Source: Candidatus Altimarinota bacterium
GTDB lineage: Bacteria > Patescibacteriota > Gracilibacteria > UBA4473
DNA length: 64,000 nt
Assembly: GCA_965231215.1 (NCBI GenBank)
Contig: OZ246423.1
Location: forward strand, 1,056,001-1,120,000
Direction: 5' to 3'
A program made the position numbers and the translations under genes. The notes beneath the pieces are model-generated. The model was not told the DNA's origin and made no database searches. It worked only from the letters and a program-made list of their open reading frames with translations. Shown here piece after piece: positions 49,013 to 59,672 of this stretch (the first letter of the stretch is position 1; each line of letters opens with the position of its first letter).

Positions 49013-49051
49013 AAAAATACTTAGGGGCTTGTGGGTTCCCTAAGTATTTTT
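49013..49051. terminator. Bidirectional terminator
   Basis: AAAAATACTTAGGG...CCCTAAGTATTTTT between convergent genes. Confidence 0.75.
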
Positions 49052-49108
49052 ATTCGATATAGAGGAAAGGGGCACTTGGGGAAACCTTAGGTTTCAGTCC
49101 AAGAAGTT

Positions 49109-49498
49109 TTATTCCCAAATAATACCCTGGTAGCAGGTGTTCTCACTATGATCCCAAGTTTTTCCAGCCTCCAGACATTCATCAATCATTTGAACGATAG
49201 GCGACACTTGGTTTAAGTCTACGGTAGCGGTGTTTGCTCTATGCCGTAGGGCATTATTAGTATATACAGCAGGTTGTGGTGTCCAGGTGAAGTTACTCCA
49301 GTCTTCTCCTTCATCGAAGGTTGAAGCCCAGGCTTCAGAGGAACCACCAAGATAATGGTAAACATGGATAACGTTTCCAGTTTCAATAATATTTTCGGCC
49401 CATCCGGCGTCACGATCAGTAATAGTGCTGTGTTGAGCCATTACTGAAAAAGTCACCCCAAAGGCCACGAGAGCGATACCTGCGAATAGAGATTTCAT
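49109..49498 (-). CDS. Hypothetical secreted protein
   Basis: Signal peptide MKSLFAGIALVAFGVTFSVMA from ATG 49498; C-terminal C-x12-C. Confidence 0.75.
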   Translation of the reverse strand: MKSLFAGIALVAFGVTFSVMAQHSTITDRDAGWAENIIETGNVIHVYHYLGGSSEAWASTFDEGEDWSNFTWTPQPAVYTNNALRHRANTATVDLNQVSPIVQMIDECLEAGKTWDHSENTCYQGIIWE

Positions 49499-49642
49499 GA
49501 AAATGTAAGTTATTTCAATTTTTATATTAACGAATTTTTGCATTTGTCAAAGCCAAGTACATAAAAAAGCATGAGATCCCCACTCTACTTGGATCATTTC
49601 TTAAAGAGATTTCGGCCTAGAGGCTCATGTTTGGCAGGGGGC

Positions 49643-51052
49643 TCATTTAGCGCCCAAATCTTTTTTGAGAGCATGGATATGTCTGGCGGTTGCCGAATCT
49701 TTTCGGATCAAGTCTTGGATTTTTTTGATTCCATGCATAATAGTGGTGTGGTTCTTACCACCAAAGGCTTCACCAATAGCTTCATAGCTCATTTTCAAAA
49801 CCTCTTTACACAGTAGCCAGCAGATTTGTCGAGGAAACACTATTTCCTTTTTTCGAGATTCTCCCAGCAGATCTGTAGCAGGTATTTGGAAATAATCTGA
49901 GATGAGAGTAATCAGATCATCGGGGCTTTTGGCTAAACTGATATTTCCATCGGTGTCAGTAATAAGGTCTTCTTCTGGATTGAGTTGTCTAAAGATTTTC
50001 CCAACACTCTGGACGGTAGGGGACACCTGGTTGATTTCTACTTCAATAGAAATTTTGTTCAGCACATTTTCTAGCTCTCGTAGATTTTTCCGCGTATTAG
50101 TAGCAATAAAGGCTTGGACATCTTCTGGAAGAATAAGCCCCATGGCTTTGGCTTTTTCTTGAATAATAGCTAATTTAGTCTCAAAGTTAGGCATCTGAAT
50201 ATCCACAATAAGCCCCCACCCAAGCCGAGAACTGAGTCTATCCATCATGTCTTGGAGTTGAGCTGGTGGACGATCAGCTGAAAAAACCATTTGTTTTTCT
50301 AGATCTCGGAGGTCATTAAAGGTATTAAAAACCTCTACCTGAGTTTGTTCTTTACCAGAAAAGAATTGTACATCATCAATCAGCAATGCATCAGCCCGTC
50401 GGTATTTTTTTCTGAGGGCTTCGGTTTTACGCTCTTTAATAGCTTTGATAATCTCATTCATAAATCTTTCGGCCGTGGTGTAGATCACCAAAGACTCAGG
50501 ATGTCTTCGTAGAATTTCATTCGCCAGCCCCTGAAGTAAGTGAGTTTTCCCTAGTCCTACCCCTCCGTAAATGTACAAAGGATTATATTTTTTAGGCTGT
50601 CCGGCTTCGGTTTCAGCCACAGCGCTACAGGCAGCATGTGCCAAACGATTTTCTTCCCCTACGACAAAGTTTTGGAGGGTGAATTTAGGCTGGATTAATC
50701 GAGATTCCAACCCCTCTTCTAGACGGACTTCAGGTTTGTTTGGAAGTTTTCTTGGAGTGCGTTTTTCTTCAAACGCAACAGGGTCACTGACAGGTTTATC
50801 GGCCAAGCTAAGGTCTACATCAAAAAAAACTTTATGAACCTCAGGCAGTATTTTTTGAACATTAGCCAAGATCATATTGGCATATTTATTCTCCAGCCAA
50901 TTTTTGTTCATCTCAGTGGGACAACTAATCAGAATAGCCCCGCCAGAGATTTCTTTGAGATGAACTTTTTTAAACCAGGTATGGAACTCCATTCGGGAAA
51001 GTTTCCTCGATAGATTTTCTAGCACTTGGTGCCATACTTGAGTTTTATCCAT
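49643..51052 (-). CDS. dnaA: Chromosomal replication initiator DnaA
   Basis: Domain I (FHTWFK), YNPLYIYGGVGLGKTHL, LLIDDVQF, RELE, domain IV FGGKNHTTIMH. Confidence 0.96.
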   Translation of the reverse strand: MDKTQVWHQVLENLSRKLSRMEFHTWFKKVHLKEISGGAILISCPTEMNKNWLENKYANMILANVQKILPEVHKVFFDVDLSLADKPVSDPVAFEEKRTPRKLPNKPEVRLEEGLESRLIQPKFTLQNFVVGEENRLAHAACSAVAETEAGQPKKYNPLYIYGGVGLGKTHLLQGLANEILRRHPESLVIYTTAERFMNEIIKAIKERKTEALRKKYRRADALLIDDVQFFSGKEQTQVEVFNTFNDLRDLEKQMVFSADRPPAQLQDMMDRLSSRLGWGLIVDIQMPNFETKLAIIQEKAKAMGLILPEDVQAFIATNTRKNLRELENVLNKISIEVEINQVSPTVQSVGKIFRQLNPEEDLITDTDGNISLAKSPDDLITLISDYFQIPATDLLGESRKKEIVFPRQICWLLCKEVLKMSYEAIGEAFGGKNHTTIMHGIKKIQDLIRKDSATARHIHALKKDLGAK

Positions 51053-52336
51053 CTATCTAAAAATAAGGTCGGTTCTATCCATACCTATACCGATACTAGT
51101 AATAGGACACTTGATGAGGTTTTCCAGAGCCAAGACGTAGTCTTGAGCCTTTTGTGGGAGGTCTTCAAAATTTTTGGCGCCACTTAGATCCGTTTCCCAT
51201 CCAGGGAAGGTTTCATAGATAATTTCTAAATTTTGGTTGGCTTTTCGGGTCGTTGGAACCGTTCGTAATTCTTGGCCATCCAACATATATTTTGTAGCGA
51301 CTTTAATTTCTTTAAGTCCTGTGAGTACATCTAGTTTTGTGAGGTTGATAGCATCAAGCCCATTAAATTCGACAGCATTACGCACTACTACTGCATCAAA
51401 CCATCCACATCGCCGTGGTCTTCCAGTAGTAGCCCCGTATTCACCTCCCTTTTCACGAAGTTTTTCGCCCAGTTCATTTTCAAGCTCACTAGGGAACGGC
51501 CCGGTTCCGACTCGAGTTGTATAAGCTTTGGCAATCCCAATGAGGTTATTAATCTTGCGAGGCGGAATCCCCAGCCCAGTAGCAATGCCCCCAGCGGAGA
51601 CGCTAGAACTCGTCACAAAAGGATAGGTTCCATGATCAATGTCTAAGTGATGAGCTTGGGCGCCTTCAAAGAGTACTCTTTTCCCGTTCTTTAGCGCTTC
51701 TAACAAAACAATTCTAGTATCACACAGCAGCGGTTTTATCTGGTCTCGGAGAGACATGATTTTTTGGTATTCAGCTGCTGGATCCAGCTCTAAATCAAGG
51801 GTTTGACCATGAAGGGTGCAGGCTTGTTCAATCTTGTCCTTGAGTAGTTCGGTATCCAGTAAGTCTTCACATCGGATGCCTCTTCGTGCAATTTTATCTT
51901 GGTAACAAGGGCCAATTCCACGGCAGGTAGTACCGAGCTTGTCCTTGCCTTTGAGCCGTTCCAATTCGGCATCTACTTGCATGTGATAGTCAAGCACTAG
52001 GTGGGCGTGTAAGGATATTTTGATTCGATCACGGACTTGTAGCCCCGAACTTTCTAAAGATTCAATTTCCTTTAATAGATCGGGCAAAGAAATCACCGTT
52101 CCGTTTCCAATAATGCCTATAGTGTGTGGATGTAAAAGGCCTGAAGGAAAAAGGTGAAAGACAAATTTTTGTCCTTCTGTGTAAATAGTATGTCCGGCAT
52201 TGGCCCCTCCTGTACTTCGGCAAATAAAATCAAAACTACCAGACATAGCGTCTACTAATTTTCCTTTGCCCTCGTCTCCCCATTGGGTACCAATAATCCC
52301 GACATTAGGTCCGAGACTGGCTAAAAAATCCTGCAT
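51053..52336 (-). CDS. purA: Adenylosuccinate synthetase
   Basis: QWGDEGKGK, GGANAGHT, GTTCRGIGP, DHGTYPFVTSS, GATTGRPRRCGW. Confidence 0.98.
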   Translation of the reverse strand: MQDFLASLGPNVGIIGTQWGDEGKGKLVDAMSGSFDFICRSTGGANAGHTIYTEGQKFVFHLFPSGLLHPHTIGIIGNGTVISLPDLLKEIESLESSGLQVRDRIKISLHAHLVLDYHMQVDAELERLKGKDKLGTTCRGIGPCYQDKIARRGIRCEDLLDTELLKDKIEQACTLHGQTLDLELDPAAEYQKIMSLRDQIKPLLCDTRIVLLEALKNGKRVLFEGAQAHHLDIDHGTYPFVTSSSVSAGGIATGLGIPPRKINNLIGIAKAYTTRVGTGPFPSELENELGEKLREKGGEYGATTGRPRRCGWFDAVVVRNAVEFNGLDAINLTKLDVLTGLKEIKVATKYMLDGQELRTVPTTRKANQNLEIIYETFPGWETDLSGAKNFEDLPQKAQDYVLALENLIKCPITSIGIGMDRTDLIFR

Positions 52337-52528
52337 AAACGATTAAAAAATGTGGGGTGGTGAGTGTCTTTGACACCAAGGCCGAACTTAGCAAGTTTTC
52401 CCCATAAGATCAAACCAAAAGTGCAAAATTTGTGACAAAAAAGTTTTGCACATTTTTATCAGATTTGAACTTGAGTCATGAATAATTTTACAAGAAGTGA
52501 ATTTTTTTTAGAATTCGCCCGTTATTAA

Positions 52529-53575
<1,047 letters not shown>

Positions 53576-53615
53576 AAAAGGGTAAAAAATTTACCATTCT
53601 TTGTTAGCCAAAAAG

Positions 53616-53665
53616 ATCCTCAGACGTGTATGAAATAAAACCTTTGTCTCTGAGGATTTTTTGTT
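53616..53665 (+). terminator. Terminator after ilvC
   Basis: ATCCTCAGA...TCTGAGGAT followed by a T-run. Confidence 0.6.
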
Positions 53666-53848
53666 TCCTTTAAATTTAGAGAAGCTAGTTGAAAAGGATT
53701 TATACCTTTAATTTTGCCTGTTTTTAAAAATATATAAAAAACATAAATCCAAAAAAGGTACTACTAGAAAAAGAATAAAAAAATTGTACATGATCAAAAA
53801 AAGTAATTTAATTATGGTTGAATAATTTTTGTGAACTCGAGCAAAAAA

Positions 53849-55168
53849 ATGAGACAACCCCTAATATTCACCTTCAGTTTAGCTTGCTTGGCTGTAGCTT
53901 TCACCGCTCAGGCTCAAGAGACTCATTTTGGTGATGTGAATGAGGATCTCTATTTTCCTAATGGAGTTCTTTTAGAAGGGACTAACTCTACGACGCCAGG
54001 AACGGCCAATATAGAGATCGGTGGATCGGGGACCCTTACTATAGGGAACCAAGCCGGGGGAGGTTTTCCTCGTCTTATGATTGTAGGAGGTACCAAAATC
54101 ACAAGTGTCAGAAGTTTTGCCCCAGAAGAAATTAATGTAACTACTTGGGATGGACAATTTACAGCCCCTGGGAGTTCGGTTAAGCCGAATTCAGATGAAA
54201 TAACTTTCAGCGGATATACTCCGTCTCCAGATGTTGAGGCGGTTGCGGCTTTTAATTGGGGACTAGCGAATGAAAAATTCACCTTTGCTCCTAAGGCCGA
54301 AGTAGCACTACCAGTAGATGAGCAAGATGGGCAGAAGTTATGGACTGCTTATGAAGCATCAGATGATTGGCAGGTGAAGTCTATTGAAGATTTTTGTATT
54401 GCTGATAAGGGGCTTTGTACGCTTTCGGTAGGAGATGTAAATAAGATTGCTTTGGTTAAAGAGAATTTTGATACCTGTCCTATTACAAATATCAGTAATG
54501 GGAGTGTGGGGAGTATTCCTAGTTGTGTAATTACATGTGACAGTGGGTATGAACTTAATAGTGAGGCCAATGGTTGTGAAACCATCTCTTTTGGAGACGG
54601 TGAAACGGCTTTTGATGATACTACTACTGAAACCGGGTTTACTGGGGATGACAACTTTTTGCCAACAGAATTTGTAGCGCCAGCTAAAGAATATGAATTC
54701 CCTCCAGGACACTTTAGATACAGAGCCTCTAGTGAAAAGTTTTATAGAATGCTTGACGAAGAGGGTTTGGATGAAACAGATCTAGAAGTTGTTCGACACC
54801 AAAATACAACTTACCTTTCACGAAATCCTCGCACAGCGGCTGAGCAGATTGCTGCACGTGAAGCTCGCGAAGGAAATAGAGGTGAGACTGCGGCTGAAAA
54901 AGATGGATTTATCAGCTATTTGATTGAAATGCGAAATAAATTTGGAGATAACGCTCAAGAAAACCACTTTACCGCTCTTAGTGATGAGGGAGGAGAGAGT
55001 CATGCTTCAGCTCCCGTTGACGGAGCCGGAGACGATGATGATGGAGACTACTATGCCGCTGGCGGCGGAAGCACTGGAGGACTACTCCCCAGTACTGGAC
55101 CCGGTATGTTCCTCGGAATTGCTGTGGTCGGATTTATGCTCATGCTTTTCGGAGCAAGAAGGAGCTAA
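53849..55168 (+). CDS. Secreted surface protein with Cys-rich module and LPxTG-type C-terminal anchor
   Basis: Signal peptide ending AQA; CPITNISNG...CVITCDSGY...GC; C-terminus LPSTG + hydrophobic helix + RRS. Confidence 0.8.
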   Translation: MRQPLIFTFSLACLAVAFTAQAQETHFGDVNEDLYFPNGVLLEGTNSTTPGTANIEIGGSGTLTIGNQAGGGFPRLMIVGGTKITSVRSFAPEEINVTTWDGQFTAPGSSVKPNSDEITFSGYTPSPDVEAVAAFNWGLANEKFTFAPKAEVALPVDEQDGQKLWTAYEASDDWQVKSIEDFCIADKGLCTLSVGDVNKIALVKENFDTCPITNISNGSVGSIPSCVITCDSGYELNSEANGCETISFGDGETAFDDTTTETGFTGDDNFLPTEFVAPAKEYEFPPGHFRYRASSEKFYRMLDEEGLDETDLEVVRHQNTTYLSRNPRTAAEQIAAREAREGNRGETAAEKDGFISYLIEMRNKFGDNAQENHFTALSDEGGESHASAPVDGAGDDDDGDYYAAGGGSTGGLLPSTGPGMFLGIAVVGFMLMLFGARRS

Positions 55169-55214
55169 TTAACTATTGCTATAATTGATTTCTGGATATT
55201 TTGTGGGTCCAATT

Positions 55215-55238
55215 ACCCTCCGCTTGCGGGGGGTTTTT
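55215..55238 (+). terminator. Intrinsic terminator
   Basis: ACCCTCCG-CTTG-CGGGGGGT followed by TTTT. Confidence 0.7.
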
Positions 55239-55364
55239 GGTAAAGTATGGGCTGGAGGTTTTACCTCCCCCCAGGAGCCCCCCACCAAGAAGGAGCTCAC
55301 TTAATTTAAGGAAATCACAAGACCTTAAATTAGTTTGCGGTTTAAATATAGGTTTAAGAAGTTT

Positions 55365-56441
55365 TTAGATATAGGAACAAATCTTATCACCCATCTCATT
55401 ACAACTGAGTTTGGTTTCACCTTCTTTGTTGGCAAAGATGTCGCCGGTTCGGAATCCGTCTTTTATGGTTGATTTAATAGCGTTATCAATGGCGTCAGCT
55501 TCGGTGTGAAGATCAAAAGAATGTCTGAGCATCATGCTAGCAGACATAATCTGAGCGATAGGATTAGCAATATTCTTGCCAGCAATGTCTGGAGCAGAAC
55601 CTCCTGAAGGTTCATAAAGGTGAATCTTTTCTCCAAAGCTCGCAGAACCGAGCATCCCTAAACTTCCAGGGAAAACACTCGTAAGATCACTTATAATATC
55701 TCCAAACAGGTTAGGGCAGGCGAGTACATCAAATTGGCGAGGCCATTTTACGAGCTGCTGTACGGCATTATCTACATACAAACTTTGAAATTGTATCTCT
55801 GGCCAGTTTTTAGATTCTGCTTCAAACACTTCTCGCCACAAACGAGACGTCTCAAGGACGTTAGCTTTGTCGATGGAGTGTAGGACCTTTTTTCTTTTTT
55901 GAGCCGCCTCAAACGACGCTCTAGCTATTTTTTGTATAGTGGTTCTGTCATAGGTTGAAGTATCTAGAGCCAAGTCTTCTGTGGGACGTCTATGTTCTCC
56001 AAAATAAATTCCACCAGAAAGTTCTCTTATGACTAAAATTTCAAAGCTGTCTTCCCCAATAATGTCTTTTCTAAGAGGACAAAATTCATTGAGTTCTTTG
56101 AATACAGGAGCCGGTCTGAGGTTGATTGACGCTCCGATAAATTTTCGGATGGCTAAGATTGAGTTTTTTTCACAGTCCATCCATTGAGGCTCAAATTGGG
56201 CTTCTACTGGCCCACCAACAGAGCCAAAGAGTACCGCATCGGATTGGTTTACGAGGGCTTTAGTTGCTTCTGGAAAGTGGTTTTGATGCTTGGGCCAAGC
56301 CGCACCACCAATCAGTCCATGATTAATTTCAAAACTATGTCCATATTTTATTTCGATTCTTTGTAAAACCTTTACGGCCTCAGCGCAGACTTCTTCTCCG
56401 ATACCGTCTCCGGGGAGTAGGGCAATTTTGTAGCTTTTCAT
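55365..56441 (-). CDS. leuB: 3-isopropylmalate dehydrogenase
   Basis: GDGIGEEV, IRELSGGIYFG, DKANVL, NLFGDIISD, YEPSGGSAPDIAG. Confidence 0.96.
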   Translation of the reverse strand: MKSYKIALLPGDGIGEEVCAEAVKVLQRIEIKYGHSFEINHGLIGGAAWPKHQNHFPEATKALVNQSDAVLFGSVGGPVEAQFEPQWMDCEKNSILAIRKFIGASINLRPAPVFKELNEFCPLRKDIIGEDSFEILVIRELSGGIYFGEHRRPTEDLALDTSTYDRTTIQKIARASFEAAQKRKKVLHSIDKANVLETSRLWREVFEAESKNWPEIQFQSLYVDNAVQQLVKWPRQFDVLACPNLFGDIISDLTSVFPGSLGMLGSASFGEKIHLYEPSGGSAPDIAGKNIANPIAQIMSASMMLRHSFDLHTEADAIDNAIKSTIKDGFRTGDIFANKEGETKLSCNEMGDKICSYI

Positions 56442-56482
56442 GTGGTGCGATTGTAAAAAAATTTATATAATCATCAACAGTT

Positions 56483-56890
56483 ATGAAAAAATCTAAAAAT
56501 CATATTCGGGGGTTTAAAGTACTTTCGGTGTTCGCTTTTTTTCTGCATCTCTGTATTGTGATTTTATTTTTTAGTTCGCCGTTTTTGCCTTTTTGGTGGC
56601 AAATAACATTTTTAGTTTTGGGCGTGGTAACACTGCCTCTTCGAATTCTGTTTTTTGAGGGGAAATGCCCCTTTACTGGGTGGGAGAGGTATTGTCGTAG
56701 AGAAGCCGGGGATATGAAGGCCAAAATTCACACACACACTTTTATGGAGGCTTATTTTGGTATGCCAGATGCTGTTTTCAAAAAAGTTGAAAAAAGTATC
56801 ATGGGACTTTTGGTCATCACGATACTTTTTTATATTTTTATGGGACAAAGTTTGTGGCAGTGGTGTTTTACCGCTCTTGTCCAAACATAA
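56483..56890 (+). CDS. DUF2784-like small membrane protein
   Basis: LH in TM1, CPFTGWERYCR, FMEAY. Confidence 0.7.
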   Translation: MKKSKNHIRGFKVLSVFAFFLHLCIVILFFSSPFLPFWWQITFLVLGVVTLPLRILFFEGKCPFTGWERYCRREAGDMKAKIHTHTFMEAYFGMPDAVFKKVEKSIMGLLVITILFYIFMGQSLWQWCFTALVQT

Positions 56891-57890
56891 CGACCCAATA
56901 AGCTCCTTTGTAGTAGGTTCCCTTGGTCACCGGTTGACGGCCAATACCTACTTCCAGAAAGTTTGGGTTCATTACATCTTTCCATTGATTTTCAGAACCT
57001 CTCCATTTGGTGATCAAACCAGCAGGGGAGTAATCACCCACAGTAGTATTTTCTCCTAAAGCCATATAGTCATAGTCTACTTCTCGAGCTCGGTCAGCGA
57101 CTTTTTTGCCTTGTGGATCAATATAATGGAAAAATTCTTCCTCGTTCATTCGTTCAGAATAGTACTGCGAAGCCGCTTCTAGCTTTACGTCTCGTTTAAA
57201 ACTTGGAAGATTGTTGGCACGACGTACTTGGTTGAGCAATAAAAAGAACTTGTCTTTGTACGGATCAATACCTTCGAGTGAGGCATAAGATCGGAAATTA
57301 AATTCTCTTGAAGGCTTGTCGGTTCGATTAGTCATAATCCGGAAGATGAGTTCCGCCATTTCTCCTCGAGTGATGGCTTTTTCAACTTTGTCGATGTCAA
57401 AAGGAATAGCCCTTCTGTCAGACAAAATCTGTACAAAGGGGGCATACCAAGGCTGGAGCTCTTCTAGAGGGAGGTTAAAGCTCTGGGCGATAATTTTAGC
57501 CGCTTCACTAAAGATAATATTTTGTCCTGGTTTGAAGGTTCCGTCTGGGTATCCATCTACGATCCCTTCACTTTTGGCCACGCAAATGTAAGGCGCAAAC
57601 CAGGCATTTTTAGGAACATCGGTAAAACTAAAGCTATTTAGATTACAGGTATCTATTTCTAGCTGATTAAACTGACTAGCTACCAAAATTTTAGTAAATT
57701 CGGCCCGGTTAATATTGTTTTTGGGGCGGTAGTAGCCGTCTTTATAACCTTCTACCACGGCCTTACTTTTGAGATAAGAAACCGATTCGCTGTAAATATT
57801 GTTTCGGCTGACATCTGGAAAACTCGCACTTTGGGCGAGGGCTAAAAATGGAAAGACTAACACCGACAGCCCAAAGATTATTTGTTTCAT
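56868..57890 (-). CDS. S-layer homology (SLH) + CAP/SCP domain protein, paralog 2
   Basis: Signal peptide; FPDV...GYKDGYYRPKNNINRAEF and further SLH repeats; LNQVRR, GEN, IGR...YWVVMFG. Confidence 0.9.
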   Translation of the reverse strand: MKQIIFGLSVLVFPFLALAQSASFPDVSRNNIYSESVSYLKSKAVVEGYKDGYYRPKNNINRAEFTKILVASQFNQLEIDTCNLNSFSFTDVPKNAWFAPYICVAKSEGIVDGYPDGTFKPGQNIIFSEAAKIIAQSFNLPLEELQPWYAPFVQILSDRRAIPFDIDKVEKAITRGEMAELIFRIMTNRTDKPSREFNFRSYASLEGIDPYKDKFFLLLNQVRRANNLPSFKRDVKLEAASQYYSERMNEEEFFHYIDPQGKKVADRAREVDYDYMALGENTTVGDYSPAGLITKWRGSENQWKDVMNPNFLEVGIGRQPVTKGTYYKGAYWVVMFGQER

Positions 57891-57921
57891 TTTTTTTTAG
57901 ATTGTATACCAAGTTAAAAAT

Positions 57922-58956
57922 TTATTCCATTGGGGTTCCAAAAACCTGAACCCAAATAAAACCTGCATATCGAGGATCATTGGTTTCCTGAACTTTGCCT
58001 ATCCCTATTTCTTTATATTCGGATTTGATAATGTTGCCCCAATGAGGAGGCGATTTTTTCCAGGTATCAAAGACTTCTTGAGCCGTTACTTGCCCCTTGG
58101 CGATATTTTCACCAACAAACCTATAGCGATATCCGGCGTCTCGGACTCTATCGCTAGGAGTAGAACCTTCTGGGCCAATATGGTCAAAGAAGTTTTCATC
58201 ATCCATAAGTTGGGCAAACTCTTGGGCTACTTCTTGGAGCACTGGATTAAAGGTTAATGGAGCCGCCCCTAAATCCTTTCTGGCTTCGTTTACTAAATCC
58301 AATACGTCTTCAATATGGGCACTACCATCAGGAACATTTGGATCTCTCGGTTTTATTTCAATTTCTGGAGTGGCATTAAATTCAAAGAGGCTAGCCGGTT
58401 TGTTCTGAGTATTGGTTTTAACTCGGAAAATAAGCTCAGCCATTTCGCCTCTAGTGATGGTTTTGTCTACCTTGGTAATACTTTGAGGAATGGCTTTGGC
58501 GTCAGAAAGGCTTTTGACGTAAGGCGCATACCAAGGCTCTCTACGTTGAGTAGCGAGACTGAAACTCTCTACAATAATTTTAGCGGCTTCCGTAAAAAGT
58601 ATGTTATTGGCCGGATCAAACGTCCCATTTGGGTAGCCTTCTATAAGGCCCTGTTTTTTAGCTATACAAATGTAAGGGGCAAACCAGGCTTGACTGGGAA
58701 CATCCTCAAAGGTGTATTTTTGAGTGTCACATTCACGGATGGAGTTATCTGCAAATCTAGAATGCATTATAATTTTGGTAAATTCAGCTCGATTAATGGA
58801 GGCGTTTGGCCGAAAGGTGCCATCAGGATATCCGCTTATAATTTCTAACTTCCTTAAATGTTCAATAGCTTCCCCAAAAGGCAGCGCATCAACATCACTA
58901 AAATTAGCATGAGCCAAAAGGGGAAATCCGAGAATAAGGAGTAGAAGTTTTTTCAT
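57922..58956 (-). CDS. S-layer homology (SLH) + CAP/SCP domain protein, paralog 1
   Basis: GYPDGTFRPNASINRAEF; LVNEAR, FFDH, GENIAKG, SPPHWGNI, WVQVFG. Confidence 0.92.
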   Translation of the reverse strand: MKKLLLLILGFPLLAHANFSDVDALPFGEAIEHLRKLEIISGYPDGTFRPNASINRAEFTKIIMHSRFADNSIRECDTQKYTFEDVPSQAWFAPYICIAKKQGLIEGYPNGTFDPANNILFTEAAKIIVESFSLATQRREPWYAPYVKSLSDAKAIPQSITKVDKTITRGEMAELIFRVKTNTQNKPASLFEFNATPEIEIKPRDPNVPDGSAHIEDVLDLVNEARKDLGAAPLTFNPVLQEVAQEFAQLMDDENFFDHIGPEGSTPSDRVRDAGYRYRFVGENIAKGQVTAQEVFDTWKKSPPHWGNIIKSEYKEIGIGKVQETNDPRYAGFIWVQVFGTPME

Positions 58957-59020
58957 TTTTTTCCATAGGCTCTTTTTTTGAGAAGCCGATAAATAAACAA
59001 ATCTAGGATATAAGTTTGCC

Positions 59021-59042
59021 AGATTCTGGACAAGCCAGAATA
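59021..59042. repeat. REP-like palindromic unit
   Basis: AGATTCTGGACAAGCCAGAATA directly abutting the leuD stop codon. Confidence 0.8.
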
Positions 59043-59669
59043 TTAGAGACCAAAAGCCTTTTGCTGGTCATCAAAATGGTGAATTTTTGGCTGAAACTCT
59101 AAAAGGTAGTCCATATCAGAAAGCCCCTCAAGGAGTCGTTTTTTGCTAAACTCAGAAATTTCAAATTTATAGAGAGTTTCATCACTATCGGTTACGGTTT
59201 GAGTTTGGAGATCCACCGATAACCTTTCTCCAGATTTGAGAAATTTTTGGACTACGGCTTCAGGCAATACTACTGGTAGAATACCGTTTTTTTCAGCATT
59301 CCCTTTAAAGATATCAGCAAAGTCAGAAGCAATAATTACATCGATCCCCGCATCTTTGAGTCCCCAGGGGGCATGTTCACGACTGGAACCACATCCAAAG
59401 TTTTGTCCCGCTACCAAAATGCTTTGCCCACTGAATTGTGGGAAATTCGGATCACTTTTTCTAAGATTAAAAAATACGTGTTTTCCCAGGCCTTCTTTGG
59501 TAGTTACCTTTAGAAACTGAGCGGGCATGATCATATCCGTATCAATGTCTTTGATAGAGAGACAGATAGTTTCGGCTTGGTATTTTTTAAATTCCATTGA
59601 GGCCTCTGCCTCTACGTTTTGATGAGTAGATTTATGTCCTTGAGTGGAGTCAAATAAGTGATTATTCAT
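59043..59669 (-). CDS. leuD: 3-isopropylmalate dehydratase small subunit
   Basis: IDTDMIMPAQFL, NFGCGSSREHAPW, FADIF; true start may be the second ATG at 59597. Confidence 0.95.
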   Translation of the reverse strand: MNNHLFDSTQGHKSTHQNVEAEASMEFKKYQAETICLSIKDIDTDMIMPAQFLKVTTKEGLGKHVFFNLRKSDPNFPQFSGQSILVAGQNFGCGSSREHAPWGLKDAGIDVIIASDFADIFKGNAEKNGILPVVLPEAVVQKFLKSGERLSVDLQTQTVTDSDETLYKFEISEFSKKRLLEGLSDMDYLLEFQPKIHHFDDQQKAFGL

Positions 59670-59672
59670 ACT

